A DNA stretch of 51,092 bases from Gemmatimonadota bacterium. GTDB lineage: Bacteria; Gemmatimonadota; Gemmatimonadetes; Gemmatimonadales; Gemmatimonadaceae. The stretch's first letter is position 1. Each line of letters opens with the position of its first letter. The translations under genes and the position numbers were made by a program. The notes below the pieces were generated by a model. That model saw only the letters and a program-made list of their open reading frames with translations, was not told where the DNA came from and searched no databases. Shown one piece after another: positions 34,492 to 43,688 of this stretch. The DNA is taken from the NCBI GenBank assembly GCA_003221805.1, contig QHUA01000141.1:1-51092 (forward strand), read 5' to 3'.

Positions 34492-36378
34492 CTCGGTCGC
34501 CGGAGGGTCAGTCGGCTGCTCGTCCCCGAGCGCGGCAGCGGTAGCCGCCGCCACGTCAGCCGCATTCATTCGTGGCGCGCGCGGGAGTGAGAGCGTAAAG
34601 GTCGAGCCTTTGCCGAACGTGCTCTGCAGAGTAATCTCGCCGTCCATGGCATGCGCGAGGTCGCGCGAGATTGCCAGGCCAAGCCCCACACCTTGCGCTG
34701 GCTGATTCAGACGACGCTCCGCCTGCACGAAAGGATCAAAGACTTTTTCCAGTTTGTCGGACGCGATTCCGGCTCCGGTATCGGCGACAGCGATATCGAC
34801 ACAGTTGCCGCGGGGCGTCGCGGAAAGCGTAATGGACCCGCCGGAATCGGTGAACTTCACGGCGTTGCTGAGAAGATTGAGCACGATCTGCTGCAGCTTC
34901 TCCGGATCTGCGAGAACCGACGCGGTTCGACCGGCGGCTTTGAACGAGTACTTGAGCCCTTTGGCCAGAATCTGCGGCGCAATCATCGACTCCGTGTCGT
35001 GCAGCGCCTCGTCGACGGGTACTGCAGTCAGCCGGTATTCCGCTTGACCCGCGTCTACTTTCGCAAAATTGAGCACGTCGTTGATCAGAGTGAGAAGATG
35101 CTTCTGACTGCGTCTGATCCGCGCGATGTCCTGAGCCTGATCGGCGTTGAGTGAGCCACGAATACCCATTGCCAGCAGCTCGGCGTACCCTCCGATCGCG
35201 TTCAGCGGCGTGCGCAGCTCGTGGCTCATGCTGGCGAGAAACTCGGACTTGGCCTGGCTGGCGGCCAACGCTTCTTCCTCCGCCTTTTTGCGCTCCCCGA
35301 TGTCGACAGCGATGCCGAGCCAGGCGTTGATCTTCCCTGATTCATCGCGACCGGGGCGGCTGCGGGTTAGGAACCAGCTGTAGCTCCCGTCGTTTTGGCG
35401 TAGTCGCAGCTCGGTCTCATAATCCTTTCCGTCCTTCACTGCTGAATGCCAGCTCATGACGACACGATCGTGGTCGTCGGGATGAATCGCGGTCGTCCAG
35501 CCGTAGCCGAGCGTCTCCATCTCGGAAAGACCGGTGTAGTCGTACCAGTATTGATTGCAGTAGGTAATCGACCCGTCAGGCTGGGCAAACCACACGATTT
35601 GCGGAGCGAGCTCCAGCAAGTTCTCGAACTTCGATTTGGTGGCAATGCTCCAGCGCTCGACTTGCGTTGCCGCGATCGCAATCGCCAGAAGCAGAATGCT
35701 GATGATCGAGATTGTTACGCCGAGTCGGAACGTGCCGAGGACGAGGCCATCAGCCGGTTTCCAGTTGATCGCGGCGGGAGTAAAATGCGCCGCGCTGGTA
35801 CCGGCGAAAGCAATCCCGAAAAAAGTCAAACCGAGAAACACCGACGCTGCTGCTTTCCCGACCCACATCCGGCGTTCCGGATCCGCGATCACATACTGAA
35901 TCAGTGTTAACGCGTTGTAAGAGACAGCGATCGCGATTAGGAGCGAAGCGGCCACGACAAAGGGATCGTAGACCATGGTGGCGGCCATGCGCATGCCAGC
36001 CATGCCGGTGTAGTGCATGACGGCAAACGCAACGCCCATGAAAACGCTTCCCACCGTTAGGAGTGAGAAGCGGGCCGAGTCGCGATTAATAACGAAAAAC
36101 GCGATGGCGGATCCCATCACGGCGGCGAGGAAGGACGCGATGACGAGAAGAATGTCGTACCAAACGGGGACCGTGAGACGCAGCGCGAAAAGCCCGACGA
36201 AGTCCATGCTCCAGGCGCCGAGGGCCATGGCGACAATCCCGCCGTAGATCCAGCGTTGACGGCGCCGGCCTTCCGTGGCACGCACGCGCCGCGCGATTTC
36301 TATCGTGGCGTAGGCTCCGATCGCGGCGACTGAGATCGAAAAAACGACGAGCGCGATGTTATATGATTTTTCGAGCAT
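34453..36378 (-). CDS. sensor histidine kinase with an N-terminal MHYT domain and a PAS domain
   Basis: AVMHYTGMAGM within six TM segments, a PAS-like middle, H-box SHELRTPLNAI, N-box LLSNAVKFT, DTGAGI, GVGLGLAIS. Confidence 0.9.
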   Translation of the reverse strand: MLEKSYNIALVVFSISVAAIGAYATIEIARRVRATEGRRRQRWIYGGIVAMALGAWSMDFVGLFALRLTVPVWYDILLVIASFLAAVMGSAIAFFVINRDSARFSLLTVGSVFMGVAFAVMHYTGMAGMRMAATMVYDPFVVAASLLIAIAVSYNALTLIQYVIADPERRMWVGKAAASVFLGLTFFGIAFAGTSAAHFTPAAINWKPADGLVLGTFRLGVTISIISILLLAIAIAATQVERWSIATKSKFENLLELAPQIVWFAQPDGSITYCNQYWYDYTGLSEMETLGYGWTTAIHPDDHDRVVMSWHSAVKDGKDYETELRLRQNDGSYSWFLTRSRPGRDESGKINAWLGIAVDIGERKKAEEEALAASQAKSEFLASMSHELRTPLNAIGGYAELLAMGIRGSLNADQAQDIARIRRSQKHLLTLINDVLNFAKVDAGQAEYRLTAVPVDEALHDTESMIAPQILAKGLKYSFKAAGRTASVLADPEKLQQIVLNLLSNAVKFTDSGGSITLSATPRGNCVDIAVADTGAGIASDKLEKVFDPFVQAERRLNQPAQGVGLGLAISRDLAHAMDGEITLQSTFGKGSTFTLSLPRAPRMNAADVAAATAAALGDEQPTDPPATELADRPLQEATHP

Positions 36379-36564
36379 GCTTCAGCACTCGATCGTTCGA
36401 AGGACGATGGCAAACGTCACACGTTCCTCCGTGCTTTTTTTTGAAGGCTCCGCACTATAGGGCTCAGGTAGCGGCAAGATGCAAGCCCGCAATTCTGAGT
36501 GGATCGCTGAGGGCTAAGTAAGTGACCCCAATGCGTTTATCCGTTTGACGAGACGCAGGTAACA

Positions 36565-36650
36565 CAAACCGAACCGGCGCCAGCAGTGAGTCGGGTAGAC
36601 GCAAGTTTCAGATCCACATCTAGACTCATTGCTGGCACCCGTTCGGTTTG
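36565..36650 (-). terminator. long imperfect hairpin directly after the lipoprotein gene (possible terminator or structured 3' end)
   Basis: caaaccgaaccggcgccagca (36565-36585) pairs with tgctggcacccgttcggtttg (36630-36650), 19 of 21 complementary, with a 44-nt loop. On the minus strand the T-run after the stem is only short (tgtt). Confidence 0.4.
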
Positions 36651-36652
36651 AG

Positions 36653-37321
36653 TCAGCAACCGTTTGTATTCGCTGCCCAATCTCCTGCCTGCTGTCCGCT
36701 GATACTCCAGTGTCCCGCACCTCCGCCCGTCGTCGCGTTCAGCGTTCCGGTCGCGCCAACGGTTGCATCGTCGGGTGAGCTGACGGTGATCGCTCCCGTC
36801 GACGCGTTGTAGGTGCCGGTCAGCTCTATGGCGCCGGAATTTGTTTGCGCAACCCCGCGCAGTTGACCGGCGTCGTTCAACACGAGATTCCATGTACCGG
36901 CCGCATTACCCGTGTAATTGCCGCAGAAAACTTTTACGGTTCCGCTCTCCACCGCCCAACTTCCGTGATCGCTGTTGGGACCAGTGTAATCACCGGAGAA
37001 ATGACTCGATGATTCCGTGTAGTCACCGGTGACGGTGTAGCCGCCGCCACTGAGACTCACCTGCTTCGATGAAACTGTGTAGGTGCCGTTCAGATTGACG
37101 GTCGCCGCGCCGGTGAGCGTCAAAGTGCCAGTGACAGCCGTCGCGTTCTGCGTCGCGAAGACAATCACCAACACCCCCCGCGAAGTGCTTCCGACTAGCG
37201 TACCTCGATAAGACCCCGAAGGGCCGGTCGCGCCGGGACCGGTTGAGGAATCGCTGCCCCCACCGCATGCAGCTGCTGCGAGTGCGAGGGTACAAATCAG
37301 CGCATTGGTTCGAAACCGCAT
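36653..37321 (-). CDS. hypothetical lipoprotein (Thr/Gly-rich, repetitive beta-like segments)
   Basis: The ATG at 37321 is preceded by GGAGG. MRFRTNALICTLALAAAACGG has a signal peptide and lipobox. Repeated ...GTYT.../...TGT... segments. Confidence 0.65.
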   Translation of the reverse strand: MRFRTNALICTLALAAAACGGGSDSSTGPGATGPSGSYRGTLVGSTSRGVLVIVFATQNATAVTGTLTLTGAATVNLNGTYTVSSKQVSLSGGGYTVTGDYTESSSHFSGDYTGPNSDHGSWAVESGTVKVFCGNYTGNAAGTWNLVLNDAGQLRGVAQTNSGAIELTGTYNASTGAITVSSPDDATVGATGTLNATTGGGAGHWSISGQQAGDWAANTNGC

Positions 37322-37464
37322 ACGCCACCTCCAATTAGTGGTTTGTGTCCGTTGCCCAGTTAGGGCTGCGACCAAATTGAGAGGCGGCTACTACGGGCTC
37401 GTCTCACCGGCGTTACATGCGACGTCACCGGCTATGTTTTTTTTGGCGGACGGTCTTGCGTAGA

Positions 37465-37505
37465 TATATCGGCCGATATAACTTCGTCGCTCAAGATATA
37501 TCGCC
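37465..37505. promoter_or_regulatory. candidate operator: perfect 16-bp palindrome plus a downstream half-site copy
   Basis: TATATCGGCCGATATA (37465-37480) and GATATATCGCC (37494-37505) lie in the divergent region between the lipoprotein gene and padR, 68-108 nt upstream of the padR ATG. Confidence 0.4.
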
Positions 37506-37572
37506 AGTAGTATCGGAAGACTGACTGCCGCCCTACTGGCGCCGTAAGGTCCGGTTTCAAGGAGACAAGGCA

Positions 37573-38151
37573 ATGTACGGAGGACGCTGTGGGCCGGGGT
37601 TCGCGTGGGCATTCGGAGCGCGACCGGAAAACTTCGGGTTTGACGCGGGCTCATTCTGGGCGGGACGTGGGAAATCGCGTGGTGGGCCGTTCAGCGGCGG
37701 CAGGATGTTCGATCAGGGCCATCTCAAGTTCGTGATCCTGCGCCTGCTCGACGAGAAGCCGCGTCACGGCTACGAGATCATCAAGGAGATCGAGGATCGG
37801 TTCGGCGGGATGTACTCACCGAGTCCTGGGACAGTCTATCCGACTTTGACGATGCTCGAAGACCTCGGCTACGCGCGTGCGCGACCGGAAGAGGACGGCA
37901 AGAAGATCTACGAGATTACCGACGAAGGCCGAAAGTATCTTGCCGAGAACCAGCCGTTGATCGACGACATCTTCTCCAGGATCGCCGAGTTCGCGGCGAA
38001 CATCTTCGGCGAACCGATGATGGAAGTGCACCGCGGCTTCAAGAACGTTGGTCGCGCGGTGTATGCGTCGAAGAGCTCGCGCACGCCGGAGCAGATCAAA
38101 AAAATCAAGGAGATTCTGGAGCGAGCGGCAACGGAAATTGAAGCAGTCTAG
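37573..38151 (+). CDS. PadR family transcriptional regulator
   Basis: LKFVILRLLDEKPRHGYEIIKEIEDRFGGMYSPSPGTVYPTLTMLEDLGY is a winged HTH of PadR type. An AGGAG RBS is present. Confidence 0.85.
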   Translation: MYGGRCGPGFAWAFGARPENFGFDAGSFWAGRGKSRGGPFSGGRMFDQGHLKFVILRLLDEKPRHGYEIIKEIEDRFGGMYSPSPGTVYPTLTMLEDLGYARARPEEDGKKIYEITDEGRKYLAENQPLIDDIFSRIAEFAANIFGEPMMEVHRGFKNVGRAVYASKSSRTPEQIKKIKEILERAATEIEAV

Positions 38152-40439
38152 GTCCGTGGTCGTAGAAGAAGAATCGCGTGAATTCTGAGCGGGTCAGTCG
38201 AAGCTGGGTTCGACTGGCCCGCTTTTGTTTGGAGTGAGGCAATCGCCCGCAGCCATTCCTCGGGTGGCAGCTCCGATTCAAGCAGGGTCTCGAGATCTCG
38301 CTCGATCGCCGAGCATTGCGGTGAAGTTGCAACTCTCCGCGCCTGAGCGGCGATGGCTAGCCTGGAAGTGCGCAGGTGTGGGGGTGCGCTGTCGATGCAG
38401 GCATCGATGCGGCGGGTGATTTCTTTGCGGTTCAGAGCAGCCGACGCGCCGAGTCCGGCTGCCGCCAACGCCAGCTCGACGCTGAGCCAGTCGGAAATCC
38501 TTCTGATGGTGTGCTCGAGCTGAGGCTGATCCGTCGGTGCCTCGATTACTCCGACGGTGGCACAAACGTCGATCTGTCTGTCGACCTCGATCGACACACC
38601 GTCTGAACTTCCGACCAGCAATTGCGGCGCGTCGTGCACCGATACCGCCGCAACGAAGCCGGGCTCGACCGCTTCCACTGTTGCAACCACGAGAGTCTGG
38701 CTCGTAGTCCCAGTCCTCGAGCAGCGATCGACATGAGCGATTGTAATCCAGCTATCGAGTATGGTGCGCAGTCGTTCGGTTTTTCCGGGTGTGCTCTCGG
38801 TGTCGGTCTCAGAATCTGATGCAGCCGAGTCAGGGAACCCTTCCAGCCTGGGACGGGACGCGCTCGTACCTACGGATTCCTTCGCCAAACGCCATTTGCG
38901 CTGAACGATCGATTCACCGCGCAGCACTTCGTCCGCTGAGCGAGGCGGGCGCAAAGCATGAACGGTCACTTCTCCGTGAAGCGACCCCAACCTCGCTACG
39001 CGCCCGACACGCTGTTCCATGCGAGCGACAGTCCATGGGATGTCGAGATGAATCACAACGTTGGCGTCCTGAAGATTTACTCCTTCACTGAGCAGATCGG
39101 TCGTGAGCAGAAGGTCGATCGCGTCGGCTGCCGATGGCTCGCGCTTCCCGGTGGCACGCGGCGCAAAGCGGGCGATCGCCTCCGATCTCGTCAGGGATCC
39201 GCCTGCCACTCGCGCCCCGTGCGAAGTCAGCATAGCCACCTTCCCACTGCGGACCAGTCGTCGGAATAGCATCGAAACCGTCTCGGCGTACTGGGCAAAG
39301 GCAACGCTTCTGCCGCCCGGATTGGAATTCCTAACCGCCGCGATGATCTGAGCGCGGGCCAGGTCAGCCGTCGATGTCACACAGGATTGGCCGAGAATTC
39401 TTTCCAGGGCCGCGAGATGCGCACGAATTGCGGCGAGCAGCTCTTCATGGTCAGCGATCGGTGCAGAAAGCAGCTCGGCAAATCCGAGCTGCAGCGCACC
39501 TTCGCCGTAGATCCAGATCTCGAGCTCGCGGGCAGTCGGATACGTTCCGGCTTCGAGTGACGCGGATAACGCGGCTGCGCGCGCGATTCTCCTTTTCAGG
39601 GCTTCGTTGAGTGCAGCCTCGCTCGACGACATTTGATGGACGAGGCTTCGACCGATCAGGGCGGCAGCTACTCCACCGTCACGGACAGGCACAGGTGGCG
39701 GAAGTTCCATCAGCTGTTCGACGAGCGAGGGGTCGTCGGGGAGCTCGTGATACTCGATCGGAAGAACGGCGGGAATGCGCAGTCCTTGCTCGAGCTGCTT
39801 CTGCGCGCGTCGAACGACACACAGCGCCAGCTCCGCCGAGGTGAGTGAGTGGGCGCGCGACCCAAGGAATAGCGAGAGAAGAGCTACGAGATCCCCACGC
39901 CGGTTGTGAATTGGAGTCGCGCTCAGCAGCAGCACCTTCGCTCCGCGCACCAGTCGCTCTAAGGCGAAGTATCGGTTTGTGCGTGGATTTCTGACGTGAT
40001 GGGCTTCGTCGATGATGACAAGATCGTAGCCTGGACCGGTCTCGATCTTGTGGTGGCGCGCGCGCGTGTCCGCTCGGCTCAAGGTCTCAAAAGAGACGAA
40101 CGCGGCATCGACACGCGTCGCGTCGAGGGCGTTCTGCCACATCGAAGCCAGTGCGGCAGGAGCAACAACGAGGCGACGCGAGAATCGGCTGGCGATGGCG
40201 ATCGCTACGTACGTCTTGCCCATCCCGACATCGTCGCACAACAACGCTCCGTTGAATTGATCGATGGCAGATTGCAATCGCTCCACTGCCGAACGCTGAT
40301 GCGAATGCAAAGTGATGGATCCGAGTCTGCGGTCGCTCGAAGGCTCGCCGAGGATTAACTGGGCAATGCGCGAGAGGACTGCAGCCCCGGATGTGACTGT
40401 CACGCCGCTGGTCGGATCTAGTCGCAGTCGACACTCCAC
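38148..40439 (-). CDS. SNF2-family (SF2) helicase/translocase with an uncharacterised C-terminal region of about 260 aa
   Basis: DDVGMGKTY (I), VIIDEAHHVRN (II), LLLSATPIHN (III), LLTTDLLSEGVNLQDANVV (V), MEQRVGRVARLG (VI). The GTG start overlaps the upstream MTase gene by 22 nt. Confidence 0.85.
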   Translation of the reverse strand: MECRLRLDPTSGVTVTSGAAVLSRIAQLILGEPSSDRRLGSITLHSHQRSAVERLQSAIDQFNGALLCDDVGMGKTYVAIAIASRFSRRLVVAPAALASMWQNALDATRVDAAFVSFETLSRADTRARHHKIETGPGYDLVIIDEAHHVRNPRTNRYFALERLVRGAKVLLLSATPIHNRRGDLVALLSLFLGSRAHSLTSAELALCVVRRAQKQLEQGLRIPAVLPIEYHELPDDPSLVEQLMELPPPVPVRDGGVAAALIGRSLVHQMSSSEAALNEALKRRIARAAALSASLEAGTYPTARELEIWIYGEGALQLGFAELLSAPIADHEELLAAIRAHLAALERILGQSCVTSTADLARAQIIAAVRNSNPGGRSVAFAQYAETVSMLFRRLVRSGKVAMLTSHGARVAGGSLTRSEAIARFAPRATGKREPSAADAIDLLLTTDLLSEGVNLQDANVVIHLDIPWTVARMEQRVGRVARLGSLHGEVTVHALRPPRSADEVLRGESIVQRKWRLAKESVGTSASRPRLEGFPDSAASDSETDTESTPGKTERLRTILDSWITIAHVDRCSRTGTTSQTLVVATVEAVEPGFVAAVSVHDAPQLLVGSSDGVSIEVDRQIDVCATVGVIEAPTDQPQLEHTIRRISDWLSVELALAAAGLGASAALNRKEITRRIDACIDSAPPHLRTSRLAIAAQARRVATSPQCSAIERDLETLLESELPPEEWLRAIASLQTKAGQSNPASTDPLRIHAILLLRPRT

Positions 40440-43400
40440 GACAGCAGCGGCTGCACTTTTTCGCGATCGATGTGATAAGCCTCGAGCGCCGCAGCGAGCA
40501 GCTCTTCGTCCGGCGGGATGTCGCCCTGCATTCCACGTTCACCGAGGGGCGCGAGAATCTTTCGCGCGCCGTTCCAGCGAGCCGGAACTGGGAGCAGCGC
40601 CATCGTCCAGCCCAGGTAGCGGCGATATCCGCCTCGAGCCGGCTCGGCGATCGCGTTTAGCCAGGCGGCAGCCAGTGGGCCATTGAGGATTGCCGCCAGA
40701 GCGTACGCGTCAGTCAGCGTTCGACAACGGGCGACGTAGCATGTGTTGAGAGCGATGTGCTGCTCGCCCTCGGCGACGACGATTGCGCGTGGTCTGAGTC
40801 CGAAATCCGCCCACACTACGCGAGATCTCTCGGGATTTGCGCTTTCTGTCCGAAACACCGACCACCACAAGCGGCTTTCGTGGAGATCGGTGCGCTTGAT
40901 CAGCGCGTCGCGATAGGGCAACAGCCAGCGGCGCGCAAGCGGCGGCAGTTCGCGCCGAGTCGAGCCGTCGTCGCCGTGCGGCCAAACCAGGTACTCGGAT
41001 CGGCCCACGAGCGTCCATTGCCCGAGCGTCTCGCCGCGAATCACTGGGCGAAGCATCTCGCGCTCGATTTCTCCGACCCGGTCACGGCTGGAAATACGCG
41101 CTATGTCGCCGTCGATCGAATCGACGCGGACAAGATAGGCATCGTTGTAGCCAGTCTTCACGCCGAGTAGCGGACGACCAAACCGCGAAAGGCTAAACGG
41201 CGCGGCCGAACGAGTCAGACAGTCAAACGATTTTCGCACCGGACCGGGAAGAAGGAGCCACGGACTCCCGGGTGTTCCGTCGACCGACAGACGATGCGGC
41301 GGACAACGCCAGGTCCGTGCAGTACCGTTCGATCGAATCGTCACTCTTATCCGCTCGTCGGCAGTTTGGTAAGTCGCGGCGGTGCCCACACTCGTACTGC
41401 TTTCGATCCGACGTCGCGCTACCAGGAGCGACGGATAAACCGCCGCATCGAACTGCGACCGTGACTGCGTGAGATCTTCGATCGAGACGATATCAGCACG
41501 GTCGAGGAGCAGCTCGCGGACTCCGCCACCGGCAAGGGATCGCCACAGCTTGCTCGGCAGCAGATAGGCCAGTGTGCCGCCTGGTCGCAGGAGATCCCAC
41601 GCGCGCTCCACGAACAGCGCCGCCAGATCGATCTGCGCGGCAAAACCTCGTCCCGCTCCAGCGCTCTCGGCACCGCTTTCCCAGGCGGCACGGCGATAGA
41701 CCGTGAATTCCTGTCTCAATCGCCGGCGTGACAATTCGGCAATGCGATGTACGCGAACCCAGGGCGGATTGCCGATGACGATGTCGAATCCACCGGCAGC
41801 GGCAATGTCGGAGAAGTGCGCCGCAAAGGAGAAGGGAAGCGCGGCGCCTTCGCGCAACGCTTTGATTTTGTCTCTGATATCTCGCAGGCCGCGGCGGATT
41901 CCCTCGAGGCGCAGACGTGTCTGGTGATCGGGCGGATGCCGCAGTCCGAACAAGTCTCTGGCACGTACAAACACCAACAGCTCCTTGCGCTGGGCGTTGA
42001 AGCGAACTCTTCGACGCGCCAGGACATCGACGGCGGCGGAGCGCTCGAGCCGGTCAAGAGCGCGCGCCAACGTGAGCTTTCGCGGCCCGGTGGCTCTCAT
42101 GTATCGAGTGCGAAGACTCGCCAGTTTGCGACTACTTCCTATGGTGCCTCGATCGTCGAATGTGGATCCGCTGAGAGAGTCGCCAACGCGGATGTGCCGA
42201 TCGAGATTCGGCAGCGGCGCAATCCGCATTGGATCTGGCTCGTCACTCTCGATGACTATCGAGAGCCAGAGACGGAGCTCGCACAGCCACACCGCCATCG
42301 GATTGAGGTCGACTCCGAAGATGGACGTCGTCAGAACGCGACGGCGAATCTCGGCGAGCGGTCCGGGCTCACCACTCTCCCGACGAAGTAACGCCAGGCG
42401 CTCCAGGATGTGTACCAGGAAAGCGCCGGAGCCGCACGCAGGATCGAGGATCTTGATTCGTTGCAAATCCTTGAGCGAATCCGCCGATTGCTCAGCCAGG
42501 GCAGAATCGAGCGAATGTCGAGTGAGCGATTCGACGAGATCCTGTGGCGTGTAGAACGCGCCACTCCTCTTGCGGTCCTCGGCCGCCATCAGCGCCTCGA
42601 ACGCCTTGCCGAGGATCTCAGGATCGATCGATGCTTCGGACCAATCGGCGGTGTCTTCCCGACCGCTGAACCGATAATGCGACAACAGGGACCCATAAGC
42701 GTCGCCGAAGCATTCGTCGGAGAACGTGCTCGATCGTCGCTGCTTCTCGAGGTGCGATCGCGAAAACAGTCCCCCATTCAGGAACGGAATTCGACCAAAC
42801 TCCCTGGCCCGAGGTGAGCGCGCGCGAATCCGGGTGTTCAACGTGCCGAAGAACAACGGCTCCAGGATTCGTTTTTGATATCGTCCACCCGCCTCCATGC
42901 ACCGGCTCAATCCGTTGGCGAGAAAGGAGAAGTCGCCGTTCAGCCAGCCCTTTGCTTCAAGAAAGGAGAGGAAGATCAGCCGCGAGATGTAGAGCAGCGC
43001 GAGCTCACGTCGCTCGCTGCGTTCGATTCGACCAGTCAGCGAAGCTGAGAGCTCGTTGACTGTTTTGTCCAGCGCGCGGAAGAATCTGTTGGTGATCGCT
43101 TGGCGACCGAGTACGTCGAGCCAGCGAGCATGGGTTAGCAAATCTGATTCGCCACCCACGGAGGCTAGGGTGCACAGAGTCTCGGCGTCGCTCTGGACGA
43201 TCCGATCGCGCCGGCAAATCAGAGACGTTACGCGGACGCGGGAGCCGACAGAGCGCCAGCACAGAATCGCCAGGTCCGCCGGTGCGTGGCGAAAGGCTAC
43301 AACCAGCCACAGCAGCTGCGACGCAGTTCGGGCCAAAGCGTTGGCGACGTGACGGAGCGTCTCCCGCAGCTCGCAGGTCGCGTCGATATCGAGCGCGAGT

Positions 43401-43591
43401 CCGCGCAGCGCGCCGATGGCCTGTGTTATGTGCGCGGATCGCAGATTCGCGGGCAGGCCGAGCGCTGAGACGGCATTCCGATCGAGGGGCAGCAGCGGAT
43501 CTGTGAATCCGAGCTCACTGAGAATCTCCGCGACCCGATCGGGTGAACTTGCGCTGCGCAGGAGGGCGGCGGCGCGCTCGAGACTCTGCAT
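40418..43591 (-). CDS. large gamma-class N6-adenine DNA methyltransferase (Eco57I/MmeI/PglX-like architecture with a TaqI-like C-terminal TRD)
   Basis: IPFLNGGLF, GAFYTPQDLV, ILDPACGSGAFLV (motif I), IVIGNPPWVR (motif IV NPPW), LGVKTGYNDAYLV (TaqI_C-like). Confidence 0.85.
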   Translation of the reverse strand: MQSLERAAALLRSASSPDRVAEILSELGFTDPLLPLDRNAVSALGLPANLRSAHITQAIGALRGLALDIDATCELRETLRHVANALARTASQLLWLVVAFRHAPADLAILCWRSVGSRVRVTSLICRRDRIVQSDAETLCTLASVGGESDLLTHARWLDVLGRQAITNRFFRALDKTVNELSASLTGRIERSERRELALLYISRLIFLSFLEAKGWLNGDFSFLANGLSRCMEAGGRYQKRILEPLFFGTLNTRIRARSPRAREFGRIPFLNGGLFSRSHLEKQRRSSTFSDECFGDAYGSLLSHYRFSGREDTADWSEASIDPEILGKAFEALMAAEDRKRSGAFYTPQDLVESLTRHSLDSALAEQSADSLKDLQRIKILDPACGSGAFLVHILERLALLRRESGEPGPLAEIRRRVLTTSIFGVDLNPMAVWLCELRLWLSIVIESDEPDPMRIAPLPNLDRHIRVGDSLSGSTFDDRGTIGSSRKLASLRTRYMRATGPRKLTLARALDRLERSAAVDVLARRRVRFNAQRKELLVFVRARDLFGLRHPPDHQTRLRLEGIRRGLRDIRDKIKALREGAALPFSFAAHFSDIAAAGGFDIVIGNPPWVRVHRIAELSRRRLRQEFTVYRRAAWESGAESAGAGRGFAAQIDLAALFVERAWDLLRPGGTLAYLLPSKLWRSLAGGGVRELLLDRADIVSIEDLTQSRSQFDAAVYPSLLVARRRIESSTSVGTAATYQTADERIRVTIRSNGTARTWRCPPHRLSVDGTPGSPWLLLPGPVRKSFDCLTRSAAPFSLSRFGRPLLGVKTGYNDAYLVRVDSIDGDIARISSRDRVGEIEREMLRPVIRGETLGQWTLVGRSEYLVWPHGDDGSTRRELPPLARRWLLPYRDALIKRTDLHESRLWWSVFRTESANPERSRVVWADFGLRPRAIVVAEGEQHIALNTCYVARCRTLTDAYALAAILNGPLAAAWLNAIAEPARGGYRRYLGWTMALLPVPARWNGARKILAPLGERGMQGDIPPDEELLAAALEAYHIDREKVQPLLSWSVDCD

Positions 43592-43688
43592 CCGCCGAGC
43601 GTACCCATTGGACGCCCTGCGCTCTGCATCGTTTGTCGGCTATTTAGCGCGAAACGCTGCTACGTCTCGATTTTTTTTCTTCCGCCGA

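Noticed and set aside
36420-36450. T8 run (36436-36443) preceded by a short cacg/cgtg stem, considered as a + strand terminator
   Set aside because: The stem is only 4 bp, and no + strand gene ends nearby. It is more likely an A/T tract in the histidine-kinase promoter region.
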